A DNA stretch of 64,000 nt from Lama glama. Taxonomy: Eukaryota. Shown piece by piece: positions 41,101 through 54,340 of this stretch (position 1 is the stretch's first letter; each line of letters starts with the position of its first letter). The position numbers and the translations under genes were made by a program. Where the stretch lies: the NCBI GenBank assembly GCA_028534125.1, contig CM052816.1, positions 28,770,001-28,834,000 on the forward strand, given 5' to 3'. The notes under the pieces were generated by a model. It was not told the origin of the DNA. It worked only from the letters and a program-made list of their open reading frames with translations, and did not search any database.

Positions 41101-42154
41101 TCCCCGCCTCAAGAAACAGAATATGGCCCTATAGGAATTTAACAATTTAATTCTCTGTTCTAAAGGCAAAAATTGCTTTTAACTTTGAAAATTGAAGTTT
41201 TTCAAACATGTAATAAAAAATACTGAGAATCAGGCAGCTTGAGCACCTCACAAAAACACCAGATTCTGAAGAAAAAGAATAGTGTTTAGGTCTCTAATAA
41301 ATCAAATAGTAAACATTTCCCCTTTCAAATCCTAGAGTTTATTCACAAACATTGTGATCTTCTTACAAAATTGGTCTTGTTCTTTACACAGAAAAAAAAA
41401 TTTAAGCTGAAGATAGAATACTTCAATGAAGTGATGTCTAAAGGTTATCTGAATGTTTAAAAGGAATGAGTGTTAGTCTTTACACCGTTACTCAATTTTT
41501 TCATTGTTTCCACACCTAGAAATTGGTACACTTGACCAAACAGTTGGCTGTGATACAACTTAACATAATTTTCCATGACAAAGATGGATCATATTTCTTC
41601 AAGTGGTCCATCATTTGATGAATGATTATGAACACTGTTTTTGCAATTCATTTTTAACTTTCAAATTACTGTGAAAATTCGGTATTTCAATATCTTGATA
41701 AAATCTCCAGGTATTTTTAAAATGTATCTTTCCAAACTTTCTGGTTTAAAATATTTCATAGGATAGATTTTTACTTTCGCTTATTTTTCTACTATGCCAC
41801 ATGCAAGCAAAAACTTTTTGATCCTTCTACCTTTTCTGGAAGTCAAATATAGGCCAGATGCTCATGTAGACCAGTCTGCATGTGCTGATGTATTCAAAGA
41901 CATCCAGATCAACAGCATGACATTATGTTACAAAAATGCCTTTGCCTCTCATCTCTAATTTTCTCATAGTTTATAGCTGCTCCACAGTTTCTCAATTTTT
42001 AGGACTCTCCTTATGAGCTTTCCCCTTGAAACTCTCCCAAATACCCCATTCACAGGGACTCTTCTCTCCTCTTTTCCCATGCAACTAGTACCATTTTCCT
42101 GTCATATGTTTCACTGAAATTCCTGTCTATATCCGTGAACTACCTCAGGCCAAA

Positions 42155-42575
42155 AGACTTTTGGTGTAGCATCTAAGAAATCACAAAAATTTTCTCCAAA
42201 GCTTTCCCCTAGAAACTTTAACATTTTAGGCTTTACATTTAGGTCTCTGGATACTTTTCCAGTTAATTTTTAAATGAGAAAAAGTATGGATTAAAGTTTT
42301 ATTTTCCTTTTGATTATGTGTATTCATTGTTTCATCATCATTTGTTGAAAAGACTAACCTTTCTCTCTCAAATTGCTTTTGTATCCTTGTCAAATATCAG
42401 TTGTCCATATATGAGTGAGTCTATTTCTATTTCTGGACTCTATTCTTTCCATTGATCTATTTGTCTATTTTTAAACCAATATCACATGAATTTATCATTG
42501 TAACTTGACAATAAGCCTTGGAATAAGGTACGGTTAACCCTTCATCTTCATGTTCTTCTTTTTCAAAATTATTCC
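42155..42575 (-). mobile_element. L1 ORF2 internal fragment
   Basis: tttacatttaggtct...catttgttgaaaagact...tttctggactctattct. Confidence 0.8.
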
Positions 42576-43189
42576 ATCCTTTTCGAAAGCTATCAAAAGA
42601 CATCTCCAATTTGCTTTGTTGGTGATCAGTTAACACTAATGAAAATGGATAGTTATGATACCTCTGTAACTTACTTCTGGGAGGTCAGAAAAGGGAGAAA
42701 TTTATTATCACTTTATGATTGTTCATTTAATTAAAAAAAATAAAGTATTCATCCAAAAATGCCTATATGACCACCAATACTCCATTTCTTCTCACAGAGA
42801 AAGAGACTACGGGAAAGAAGTTTTCTCAATCCAAATGCTTTTCCATTGTGAAATCAGAGTGGAGCCATTCTAGGGTATAAAATTGTCTATCTCCAGGTTA
42901 TGCAAATCAATAGATTGCTTTATATACCTAAATCATGGTGCTCAGTGGTTGGAAGACAGTATGTGCAGACACATGTATTGACAAACATCCTCAGTGTTTC
43001 CAGTATCCTGACATATTCTCTGAGCTAGAGTGACAAAATCCATTCACACTGCAGTTTCCTTAGCTCAAGTCTTAAGGAGTAAAAATTAGACCGAGGAGCT
43101 GCACTGTCTCAAGCTAGTCCACACTCAACCTCCAATAATTCATGAAGTGTTTTCACAGTATATGAATCCAGCAGCTTCTCTGCCAAGTC

Positions 43190-46100
43190 AGAATCCTAGG
43201 GCTCCACACTTTCATAGGTTTTTACCTCCAGAAACCTCACCAAGCACTTAAGGTAAAGAACCAAGGAAAATCACCTCACACTTCTGGCAAGAGGAGGGCC
43301 AAAACAACCATTTTGAAATATGCTTAGAAAGTATTCCGTAACAGAAGCCTACTTTTCAAAGTAGAAGACTTTACCAGAGCCTCACCCACCCTGGGGGAAG
43401 GGCAGTGAGCCAACTCAAGGCCCCTCTAATTTTCATGTCTCATCCAGGTGGGGGAAAAATGCTGAGAAACACTCCTGTAAGTCATAGCTCGGGGATACAA
43501 GCCCACTAAAAGAGTGAAATTTAATCATAAGATTACAAACTTTTTCCCTTGCCCCGCACTTTACCACAGCATAACAGGTCTCCTATAATAACAGTGGATT
43601 ATATATTTGAAACAAATGTAAAACATAATCTATTTAAGATTTAGTTCTTAATAGGCCCAAAGACAACAGGAAAAAAAAGGATACTGGAGGAATCTGAAGC
43701 ATCTGGTACCTATAGCTAGAGCGAACATTAAACACAGCTAAACTCTGAGCCAAATTAATGTAAAACCTAACATAAATGCCCATGTGCCTCAGTTTTTATT
43801 ATCTGAGAGATCATGACTGGCTTTCAACAAACAAATTAACAAGGCATGCTAAGCGGTATGAAAATAAACACAGTCTAAAAAGACAAAGCAAGTTTTAGAA
43901 GCTGACTCATAAATGGCATCCATTCTGGAATTATCAGACAGGGAATGTAAGATATGATTAATGTTGTTAAGGTTTCTAACGGGAAAAGTAGACAATGTGC
44001 AAGGATAGATGGATAACATGAGTAGAGGAAAGCAAAACTCGAAGAAAAAAAACCAAAATAAAATGTTAGAATCAACACAGAAGAACGCATTTAATGGATA
44101 CATCGGTAGGCTGGACATGGCTGAAGAAATAAACATTAAGCATGAAGATATGTCAACAGAAACTTCCCAAACTGACATGCAAAGAGAAAGAATGAAAAAG
44201 ATAAATAGAGAAAGAAGTAGAAGAAATATAGGAGGTAATAACAGCTAAAGATTTGCTAAAATTAATGACAGACACCAAAACATAGACCTCAGATAATACT
44301 GGGAAGGATAGATGTAAAAAACAAACAAACAAACAAACAAACACTACAACAAACCGAATTCAAACTGCAGAAAACCAAAACAAAGACAAAGAGTAAATCT
44401 TAAAAGAAGCCAGAGGGAGAAAAACTCTTACCTTTAGAGGAACAGCTATCAGAGTTACATCAGGCTTCTTATTATAAACCATGCAAGCAAGAAGGTAGTG
44501 GAGTAAACTACGTAAAGTTTCGAAAGAAAATAAAATGCACTAACCCAGAACTCCATATCCAAGGAAGGTATACCTCAATAGGAAAAGAGCAATCGAGACT
44601 TTCTCAGACAAACAACAACTGAGGGAATTTGTCTTCGGTAAACAAGCCTGCAATAAATGTTAGAAGACATTCTTCAGAGAGTAGGAAGATGATATAGGTC
44701 AAAATCTGGATCTATATAAAGAAAGGAAAAGAGTCAGAGAAGGACTCAATAAGGTAAAATAAACATTTTATTTATATTACTCTTAATTGATCTAATAGAC
44801 AACTGTCCAAAGTAATAATAGTAAGAAAGTACTGGGTGATTATAGCATATGGTTTAGTTAAGCGGCTGACAGTGATGTTCTAAGGGACAGGGAGGAAAAG
44901 TTGGAAACACTAGATTAGAAAATACCTGCACTATCACTGAAGCAGTGTAGTGTTATCTGAAACTGAATTATATTAGCTGTGAATGTGTACTACGAGCGCT
45001 AAAGTGACCACCAAAGCAAGCAAAATCAAGAACCTGAACTGGTAAGAGAGGACAGAAAATGGAACCATACAAAATGCTCAACAAAAACCATAGAAAGTAG
45101 AAAAATAACATAAAAAAGAAACAGAGAATAAATGCAAAGAATAGCAAATAGGCACAAATATTATTGATATTAATTCAACTATAATAATAATCACTTTAAA
45201 TGTCAGTGGTCTAAATATACCAACTAAAAGTCAGAGACTGTCAGAATACATAAAAACTAATATGCAAGTGTATGTCGTCCATAAAAATACATTAAACATA
45301 TAGAGACAGACAGGTTTCCACTGTTACAACTGTAGATTTCAACACCTCTCTTTCAGTTACTAATAGATCCAGCAGGCAGAAAATCAGTAAAGATATATTT
45401 GAACTAAAGAGTATCAAGACAATTTAGCAGTGTCTTACCACACAATCCAGTAATAATGAACATAGGGATTTACTCAAATGAGTTTAAAACTTATGTTCAC
45501 ATAAAAACCTGCACAGGAATATTTGTATCAGCTTTATTCATATTCATATTCATATTGTCAAAAAGTAAAAGCAACCAGGATGTCCTTCAATAGGTGAGTG
45601 GATAAACGAAGTGTGGTTCATCTGTAAAATGAAATATTATTCTGTGAAAAAAGAAGTAACTATCAAGCCACAGAAAGACATGGAAGAAATTTAAATACCT
45701 CCTAAGTAAAAGAAACCAGTCAGAAAAAGTTGCCTACTTTGTGAGTCAAATTATATGACATTGTGGAAAAGACAAAACAATAAAGACAGTAGAAAGATCA
45801 GTGGTTGCCATGGGTTTAGGGACAGGAGTGAGGAAAAATAGATAAAGCACAAGGGATTTTTTAGGACAATGAAACTATTCAGTATACTCTGTAATAAACA
45901 CATGCTCTTATGTATTTGTCCAAACCCATATAACTTTATAGCATAAAAAATGAACTTTAGTTTATGCAAATTAAAAAATTCACTTGGGATGTTTGAAGAA
46001 TCTCAGGAAAGCATGCAGAACATGACAAGAGAATCTTCCTTTACTGAAGCCTCACTGAAGAGGGTATGGTAAAGGTGGGCACTTGAGAAACTTTGGAAAT

Positions 46101-46660
46101 GAGTTGAGTATGTAAGACCAAAAGGCAAAAGGAACTGAATATAAGCACTGTACTCTAGTTCAAAAGGTTGTTTACCACAGAGCTATGGAAGAACAATTCT
46201 GATACTGTTATTCATAAATACTAGAATTGCACAATTAAGAAAATGGATGACAGATGATGGGACCCAAATTTCTCACTACTGGAATTTACTAATAAGCAAG
46301 AAAGGACACCAGAATATATATGGTAATATATTAGAGCTGGAAATATCAGCAGACTTAATATTGAACTTAATAAAGTTAAAGATGGTTTTACATGTAGAAA
46401 TATTTAATGATATTTGTATATATATGGGTTAATATAAACACATAGCTTTCTTTGCTCTATCAACTAAACTGAAAGGAAGTAGAAGAAATGACACTCAACA
46501 GTAACAAGCACACTCAGTGCCCAGATCTTTGTTTCTGATACATTTTCTTATAAAAAGACTCTAGTAAAAATAACAAAATCAGAGATCCTTGGAGAACTGG
46601 CTGATTTTAGGACTAGGGCTGGAAATATTTAAGATGAGCCTGGGGCATCTTATAATGCCA
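43190..46660 (+). mobile_element. L1MC/L1MD-group element with 5' region, ORF1 remnant, internally deleted ORF2 and long 3' UTR
   Basis: ORF1-like NAFNGYIGRLDMAEE (ORF 44009-44248); EN start near 45170; jump to the ORF2 C-terminus near 45415; 3' UTR to gggcatcttataatgcca. Confidence 0.82.
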
Positions 46661-47709
46661 TGTGCACCTTAATATAAAGATACAGTGAAAAAAATGCTTA
46701 ATCTGATTCATTTCCACTTAACATATGGAACTCATCTATCTTTGTATGATGTCAGAAATTCTCCACACAGGAACACATATATTTGCTCAATAAAAGAAAA
46801 AAAAAGGTTATTATAAGTTTGGAGTAGCCAAGAGCTCTTTGTCAGAATCTTGACTTAAAACAGTCTCTCCATGTCTAGCAAACTGACTCTCCAGTGCCAT
46901 CTTTTGTCATCTTTTACTACGGGACTGTATTTATCTGGGGTGCTAAATCCCTACTATGGGCATGCTAATAATAAGCATGTTAGTGAATGCAACAGACTTC
47001 CCCTTCTCTGTACTTTATTGCCCTACACATTGATTCAGAAATTTTCTAAGAGACCACACACTATCACCTATATCTCTGCTTGGGCCCCACAGAATTAGTT
47101 GGCATTCTTTCATTTCATGTGCTAATGACTCAAATGGCATTAGCAAAACTCTACAGATTTGGAAGGTCTTCCTCACCCATTTTGGCTGATGTGTCCTGAA
47201 GGACTTAGCCTGTTGTGGTGAATCCTCTTCTGCCAGCCAGAAGATGTCTAGATGTGTACAGGTGTGAATTTTTGCTTTCTGTTCCCATCTGTTCTCTCAT
47301 TGTCTTCCCCTGTAGAGCTGGCAGATGTTCTGGGACTGTCTTCCCACTCCTCTCTGCATTTCCCTCCTGAAACTAAATTGAATCTTTTTTTTTTTTTTTT
47401 TTTGGATGCAAGTGCTTCCTGGAACACTCTCAGAGGCTTACCTTACCCACGGTTCACATATTCTTCCAAAATTCTTTACAATTAGTCAATTAGTTGCAAT
47501 TGACTTCCCTGTTTTCAGAGCCAGAGGTCTGTTGTTGTTTTCAGAACATGGCACATTCAATAAATTTCATTTGTTTATGTTTTAATAATACATTTGAAAT
47601 CTTCAACCATAAGGTTTTTTGTGTGCTTTCACTTTGACTAAAATCAGATGCAAACTTGAGTATACTGGCATGTTGGGATAAACTGTCAAACATTTCACTA
47701 TCTACATAT

Positions 47710-47889
47710 AGGAATCATTATATAATTCACAAGGTCTCCCATGCAAAATGATATACCAAGGCTCCACTTTCAAAATGTATTAAGAATTATGCTCTAGTGA
47801 CATTAAAGTACTAAACAAAGCACGTGACTCCTCCAAGCACAGAGCCCTGTATGATTTCTAAGGCTGCATATCTGTGAAGCCAGCCCTGT
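47710..47889 (-). mobile_element. MER91A-like hAT MITE
   Basis: tgcaaaatga...ttcaaaatgtattaagaatt...gccctgtatga...tgaagccagccctg. Confidence 0.65.
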
Positions 47890-48119
47890 CCAGCAATTTT
47901 TTTTGATCAAAATTCTCATATTAGAAAAAATAAGTAATTAAATTTTCAGTACTTGGCATTTAGGATGATAATCCTGAGACGATCTCATATATATGTTAAT
48001 TTCTTTTCTATAGCCTATTTCCTCAATTAATTATCTAATATTCCTGAATTGTTTATTTTTTTCTGCTAAAACAATGTTGTTTGATTTCTTGTGCTATCCT
48101 TGAATTCCTAACTTTGAAT

Positions 48120-48360
48120 TCCTGGTGGTGAAGACAAAGAACTGTGGAGACAGACTAAGTGGATGTGAAACCCAGCCCCACTAACAGGTGGCATGACCCT
48201 ACTTACCTCTCCAGGTCTCCATTATGTGATCTATGCAGATGGATATTGCATGCAATTCCTAGTTTTTATTTTTGTTTTCTAATGGGGATTAAACAAATTA
48301 CATTAGCAGTAACTCTGGGATAGTGTGATACGTAATAGCAGTTTACCAATGTGAAGTATT
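48120..48360 (+). mobile_element. MIR SINE (degraded)
   Basis: ctgtggagacagact...cccagccccactaac...tacttacctctc...ggggattaaac. Confidence 0.6.
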
Positions 48361-48389
48361 AGATGTTTATTTAAACTAAGTTCTTCTGT

Positions 48390-50600
48390 TTCTAGTAACC
48401 ACTTGCCTTTTAACTCTTGGTCCTGACTTCATCATCCTCTACTAACTCTTACCAATAAGAACATCTCCTGACTTTGTTCGCTCTTTCTCTTTCCATGTTT
48501 CTGTCATACCATCTGTTTCAGATATTTTATTCCCTTCCTAAATATTCCATACACTCATTAGTTAGGATATTTACTGCCTTGCAATCACCCTCAATCCCTC
48601 ACTTCTCCTCTGTAGTATTCACTTGGAAACACCCCAAATTTGGTTGAATCTAACCCTCCACATCCTTTGTTTCTATGCCTGAGTACTTAACATTCCAGTA
48701 TAAATTACAGGCATATCTAAAAGATATAGCAGGTTCAGTTCCAGATGACCACTATAAAGGGAATATCAAAATTAAGCAAGTCACATGAATTTTTTGGTAC
48801 CCCAATGCACACAGAAGTTACATTTATACTATACTGTAGTTTATTAAGTGTGCAATAGGAGTATGTCTAAAACACAATGTATAAACCTTAATTTAAAAAT
48901 ACTTTATTGCTAAAAAATGCTAACCATCATCTGAGCATTCATCAAGTTGCAGTCTGTTTGCCACAGTAATATCAAAGATCACTGATGACAGATCACTGTA
49001 ACAAATACGTTAACAATGAAAAACTTTGAAACACCAAATAATTGTGAGAATTACCAAAATGTGACACAGAGACACAAAGTGAGAAAATGGTGTTGGTAAA
49101 AGGTGCCAATCAATTTATGTAATGCAGCGTTGCCACAAAGCTTCAATTTGAAAACAAAAAAAGAAGTATCTGCTAAGCTCAATAAAACAAAGTGTGCCTA
49201 TATACAGCAGGCCAAAAGGTTGATCTTCTTATTTGTATTTTCATACCTCATATGAACACATAGGACTGCTCAGAAATCCTATTACATGTCCCTGGGAAGT
49301 ATTTTTTCCTCTGCTCCCAGGTCAATATTCTGTAGCTTTTTATCACCTCATAAATCATCCTTACAGTATATAGTCAGTTTTTAGCTGCTGAGTTTGTCTT
49401 CCACTTGATAGAAAAACTTCAGTAAAACAAGAATTTCTACATCCTCCCATGACTAAATCTATAAATTTACCAGCATTTATAGCTGTGATCTCTGACTTTC
49501 TGCTGGTTACAGTGGAATACAAAGACTTCAACTGAAAATGTTAATCCCAAAAGATATGCTCTGGACGCATCCTCTCCCACCTTTCCAAGAGCTTTGTTTA
49601 CTATTTCCCTCTCCCTGCAGAGCCATCACTCACTTCACCTCTACTGGGTCATTCTAAATGACATAAAAAGTCATGATGCTATTTCCCATCTTAATAGAAA
49701 ATGTCTCTCTTGAGCCTCTGCCCCTTCCAGAAACTATCCATTTCTCTCCTCCTTTCCACGAAATCCTCACCCACACTTGCTGAATGACTTTAACTCACGG
49801 CAATCTGGCTTCCAATCCTAGCACATACTGAAACATACTGGCATTGATCTTGACCAGGTCCTTGTCAGTAACGTCGGTTTTGCTAAATCTAGGGACATTT
49901 TTCTGTTTTATCAGTAACAGCATTTAGCCCCACATACTATGCTTTACCCATTAAAACCTTTTCTTTTCGTGGCTTTTGTGATACCGTGCTCTCCTGTGTT
50001 CTTTCCTACTCATGTCCTTCAGTTACCTAGGCAGCCTTTTTCTACTTACACACTCCCTACATTCGAGCGGTCCAGGGCTGAGCCCTTCACCAGCCACATT
50101 CTCCCCTTAAGTGCTCTCATTTAATCTCTTGAGTTTAATAACTATGTTTACTTTAGATTTTCCAAATCTCTATCTCTGGCATTTTATTCCTCAGTTAAAC
50201 TTCAAACATATTTCTCCAACAATCTTACCTGACTTAATCACCATTCTACATTTAGTACATCCAAAATTTTAACCTTTAATATCTGTCTCTTCCCCCGTGT
50301 TATTAAGTTTAGTAGATGACAACAGATAATTCCCTTTCCCTCTTCCCCATATTCAACCTGTCAGCAAGACCTGTGAGTTCCCATCCAAAGTATGTTTTAA
50401 ACCCACCCATTCTTCCATCTCCACTGACTCTACACTATTTTAAACAAGCACTGTAAATCATATTCTATCCATCACCCTGTCCCTCCCTCCAGACTCTAAG
50501 TTCTGTCAAGGTAAAGACTTGTATGTCTTCACTTCTCTACCTCCAACGCATAGAGGAGTGCCAGGCATATTCCAAGCACTAAGCAAATCAGGAAGTAATG
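48390..50600 (+). mobile_element. Long L2 remnant split by a Tigger1 MITE
   Basis: Pyrimidine-rich L2 motifs (gcaatctggcttcca, tgctaaatct, acagcattt, agcaagacctgtgagttc) ending in an L2-like tail. Confidence 0.75.
48708..49200 (-). mobile_element. Tigger1-derived MITE (Tigger1a_Art-like)
   Basis: TA|caggcata... ...gtgccta|TA terminal inverted repeats with TA TSD; about 490 bp joining both Tigger1 ends. Confidence 0.88.
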
Positions 50601-50799
50601 GACATTCTCATTTCCCCTCCATTATTCATAAAGTCTCTTTTTCTGATTTAATATCATCTCAGCTTCTTGCTTTCTATCTAAATCGCTATTGCTTTTTTTT
50701 CTATTGTTTGCTTCTCTTCTTCTACCCATATTAGAATGACTAAGAATACTTATTCTAAATATAATATGTTGTTTCACCATCTACATTCTTTAAATTTTT

Positions 50800-51850
50800 T
50801 AAATCAGAAAATACACACAGGGGAACTATTGGCCATACAGAGTTCAAAATTATTAATTTGATACCTATGCTTCTAGACTTTCTTCTATGCATATACAGGG
50901 AATGTACTTTAAAGGTTTATTCCCCTACATATTTTTGCAGTCTGTTCATATATAACATGAACATATTTCCAAATTAATAAGTTTACCTAATTGTATTTAA
51001 GTTTAGTTAACTGAATTTAATTAAATAAGCTTGGTTAATTATTCTTAATGGATGGATGTTATTGCATTACATGAATTTACCCAGTGACTAGAATACCTAG
51101 GTTGTTCTTAGGTTATTTTTTTAAAAACTATGTATATACACACATGTAGATAGCAGCTGGCACTTAAATTCTTAAGTATTCCTTCAGACTAATATCACAG
51201 TGTGCAAATGCTCAGGGTCTATTCTATCTGCTTTCAAACTGGTCTACAGAGATGTTGCAGCAATTTACACTTCTGCCCTAATGAATGATAATTCCTATTC
51301 TTTCCAGTCAGATATTTTTAGATCTTTGTTAATTTGTTAGATACAAGATATATTTAATTATGGCTCTAATATGTAATTTTTGAGTCATATTGGGGTTTAA
51401 TATTTTTATTTTCACATTTATACTCATATTATCTTCTTTTAAATTTGCTTCTTCCACATTTAATCTTACTTTTCTATTGAAATTTTAAGCACTTTCATAT
51501 TGAATGTTGCTATGTTTTGAGACAATGTGCAATTTTTACCACGTTACCACTATACCTGTAGCTTTGTTAGCAACTGTAACAATCTGGAATTTTTATGTAA
51601 GAAAATCAGTACTTTCCTTTGTAGCTCTTAACTCTGGTGTCATGTACACAAGGTTCTACTTCACAGTTAGATATGTTTCCCCTTCACTATTTTATATATT
51701 CTTTTTACCCATACAAAATTGTCACTAGATAAGGCATTTACTTTGGTATGTGGTCAGACCTAATGTATTTGTTTTCCTAATACTTAATTCAGTTGTAGTT
51801 CAATTACAACTTTTTCTGTGTGTTTCTGATATTACATAAAGTTCAAATGC
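50800..51850 (-). mobile_element. Degraded L1ME-like fragment
   Basis: cctaggttgttc...gttgcagcaatttacacttc...tgtaattttt. Confidence 0.55.
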
Positions 51851-51904
51851 TTTTTCCATCCTAGGCTTATGCTATTACCTTTACTATAAATTAATTTTTA
51901 TATT

Positions 51905-52322
51905 TATATGGATAGACAGGATTCACTGCTTCATAATATCTAAAAAGTCCAAGATACAATAGAAAATCATTCATCATATCTAGGGCCAGGAAAACTACAA
52001 CATGAATGAGAAAGACAATCAACAGACACCAACAAGTTGTCCTTGATGGGTGAACAGTTGAACCAACTGTAGTACATCCCAAAGCAGGAAATATGGCCCA
52101 GCAATAAAACGGTACACACTATAATGTAATAACTTGGAAATATCCCAGGATTTATGCTGAGGGAAAAAAGTAATGTTAAAAGATCACACACTCTACAATT
52201 CTATTCATGTAATATTCTAGAAATGAAAAAACTGTAGACATAAGGAACAGATTAGTGGCTGCCAAGGATCCATGATGGGAGATGATGGAGGGGATATGGA
52301 CATACCGCTGTAAGAGTGCCAC
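51905..52322 (+). mobile_element. Old L1 3' fragment
   Basis: aactgtagtacatcc...atcccaggatttatgctgagggaaaaaag...aacagattagtggctgccaagg. Confidence 0.7.
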
Positions 52323-52325
52323 AAG

Positions 52326-52657
52326 AGCACTTAGGAGCACTAGACAGTGCTGAAGCACACTGCTGAGGCCATCTTAAACCGCGAAATCAAAAAGCAGAAG
52401 AATGCAAAAAGCACTGTACTTAAACAGACCTTGAAAAGGATACTTGTTTACAGTATGAGAACTGAAGTAGGAAAGCATCACCTTGTTTGGCTCCAGCTGG
52501 GAACACATACATCAGGCAACTCAAATTTTACATCGCTCTGTACTTGTTCAGGGAAGACAGCAAACGCACCCTGTGTATGGATTTGGGGTTTATAAATAAG
52601 TTTTAGTGGGTAGATGAATTCTCAGATACAGAATCTGTGAATAATGAGAACTGACTG
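52326..52657 (-). mobile_element. MER82-like TcMar-Tigger element (5' half)
   Basis: cttaggagcactagacag...cttgtttacagtatgaga...cagctgggaac...gaataatgagaactgactg|ta. Confidence 0.85.
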
Positions 52658-53616
52658 TAATTCTCAGGAAGCCCCTCTCCCTGGGTGTGGGCAAACTAAG
52701 TGAGCTTAAAATACAATCTAGTAAAAGAAATTAAAATCATATTTCCAACCAATATTTATAAGAAGTGGCTTCTGAATCCAGCCTACTTGTAATGTTCTTA
52801 TTTAAAGGATTAGCACTACCATGAAAGCTACTCAATTTCTTTATTTCACTTCAGTATTGCATTGGGAAAATATCCTTCAGCTTTTTAAATTTTACCATGC
52901 CATTTTACAACTTTAATCATGTACCTCTGTGTATGGTTTATATTTTTCCAGTATCCTGATACACAGTATTTTCTGTCTATTAAGACTGACATTTTATGCT
53001 ATCAAAATAATTATAATGTACTTATATTTTATTATTTCTGCTATTCATATATACATGGTAGACTTGGAAGTGACATTTATGTTCTTAAATCTACAGAATA
53101 ATTCTTTAGAACTCCTAGAGGCCAACTCATCTTAAGAGTTCATTGTAAACTGAAAAGGTTTTGTTCTCTATACCAAGACAGTTGCCAAGGATGCATTTTA
53201 CAGAAAAAGAGTGAAGGAAGAAAGACACTTTTATACAGCATGAGAACAGTCAAACAAAGAGAAAGTGTACACCCTTTAGTTTGTGGTGCTGGCATGCAGC
53301 AAAATAGCTTTTAGCTTTATCAACAGAAAGGACAATAATAAAGCACTGGCATTATAATGAGATCCAAGCTTTTTCTGCCCTCAGAATTTTCTGATTGCTT
53401 ATGGTAGAATAAGGGCAACGAGATTGTTACCCAACTTAGTTTCTTACATGCCTGTTTCTTTCTAAAGTAAACTGTCCCCTTCTTACTGCTCTGTGGCATT
53501 TCTAAGGACAGTATCTTAATGCACACTGGATCTGACTCCACAACATCCAGCCCACACCTCCCTGATTTTGTAGCAGCAACGTGGTTTAGGGATTGACCCT
53601 GCCTCCAAGGGTGGCT

Positions 53617-53786
53617 CTGCGGAGTCTCAACCAGTTGGCTACACAATGGAATCACCTATGGAGCTTTAAAAATTATAATGCCTGGGTTCCCATCCAGGGA
53701 TTCTAACTGAATTGGTATGAGGAAGAACCCGGGCTTTTAAAACTCCCTGGGTGACTCTATACTGCAGGCAAAGTTGAGAACCACTG
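53617..53786. mobile_element. MER5-like hAT-Charlie MITE
   Basis: gaatcacctatggagctttaaaa...atgcctggg...gttgagaaccactg. Confidence 0.85.
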
Positions 53787-53809
53787 GCTTAAACCAGTTA
53801 TGCCAACCT

Positions 53810-53862
53810 TCACTCCCTTCACACTGATTCACAATCCTCACTCCCTTCACACTGATTCACAA
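53810..53862. repeat. Tandem duplication, 25-bp identical core, 28-bp period
   Basis: tcactcccttcacactgattcacaa x2 separated by tcc. Confidence 0.9.
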
Positions 53863-53879
53863 CAACCAAAAGACGCTAT

Positions 53880-54340
53880 TTGTATCAGCTGTGATTAGTG
53901 TCAGCTGTCAACTTAAACTCTCGAGATAGCCCAAACAGGCATAGCTGGGCAACTCTAAAAAGTCATCAGAGATCCAGGCTCTTTCTGTATTTCCACCCAT
54001 TAGAACCTGATTCCAACCAGAAAGAAGGATGAAGGGAGTATGAGAAGAAGGGCTCAATATCTTTTGTATTACAAATCATTACTAGAAGCCCCACATATTA
54101 TATGTCCTTGACAAGACTTACAAACAGTGAATGCTCATCCTTTTTAGAGAGTACTAGGAAGCTCCACATAAGTCTTGTGCTTGGCAAAAACTTAATCATA
54201 TAAGTATACCTTAACTACAAGAGAAAATGCAATTTTTAAGCAAAGTGCATTGCAGCCCTGAACACAATCAGATTTTTGTTATTCAGAGGCAAGGGGAGAA
54301 TAGACTAAGACTGGGCAAATAATAGTGTTAGCTATAGTAT
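53880..54340 (-). mobile_element. MLT1J/K-like MaLR LTR
   Basis: catcagagatccaggctctttc...ttggcaaaaacttaatcat...gggagaatagact. Confidence 0.65.

Noticed and set aside
53110..53314. Open plus-strand frame of about 67 codons after an AG
   Set aside because: No recognisable protein and no convincing donor site
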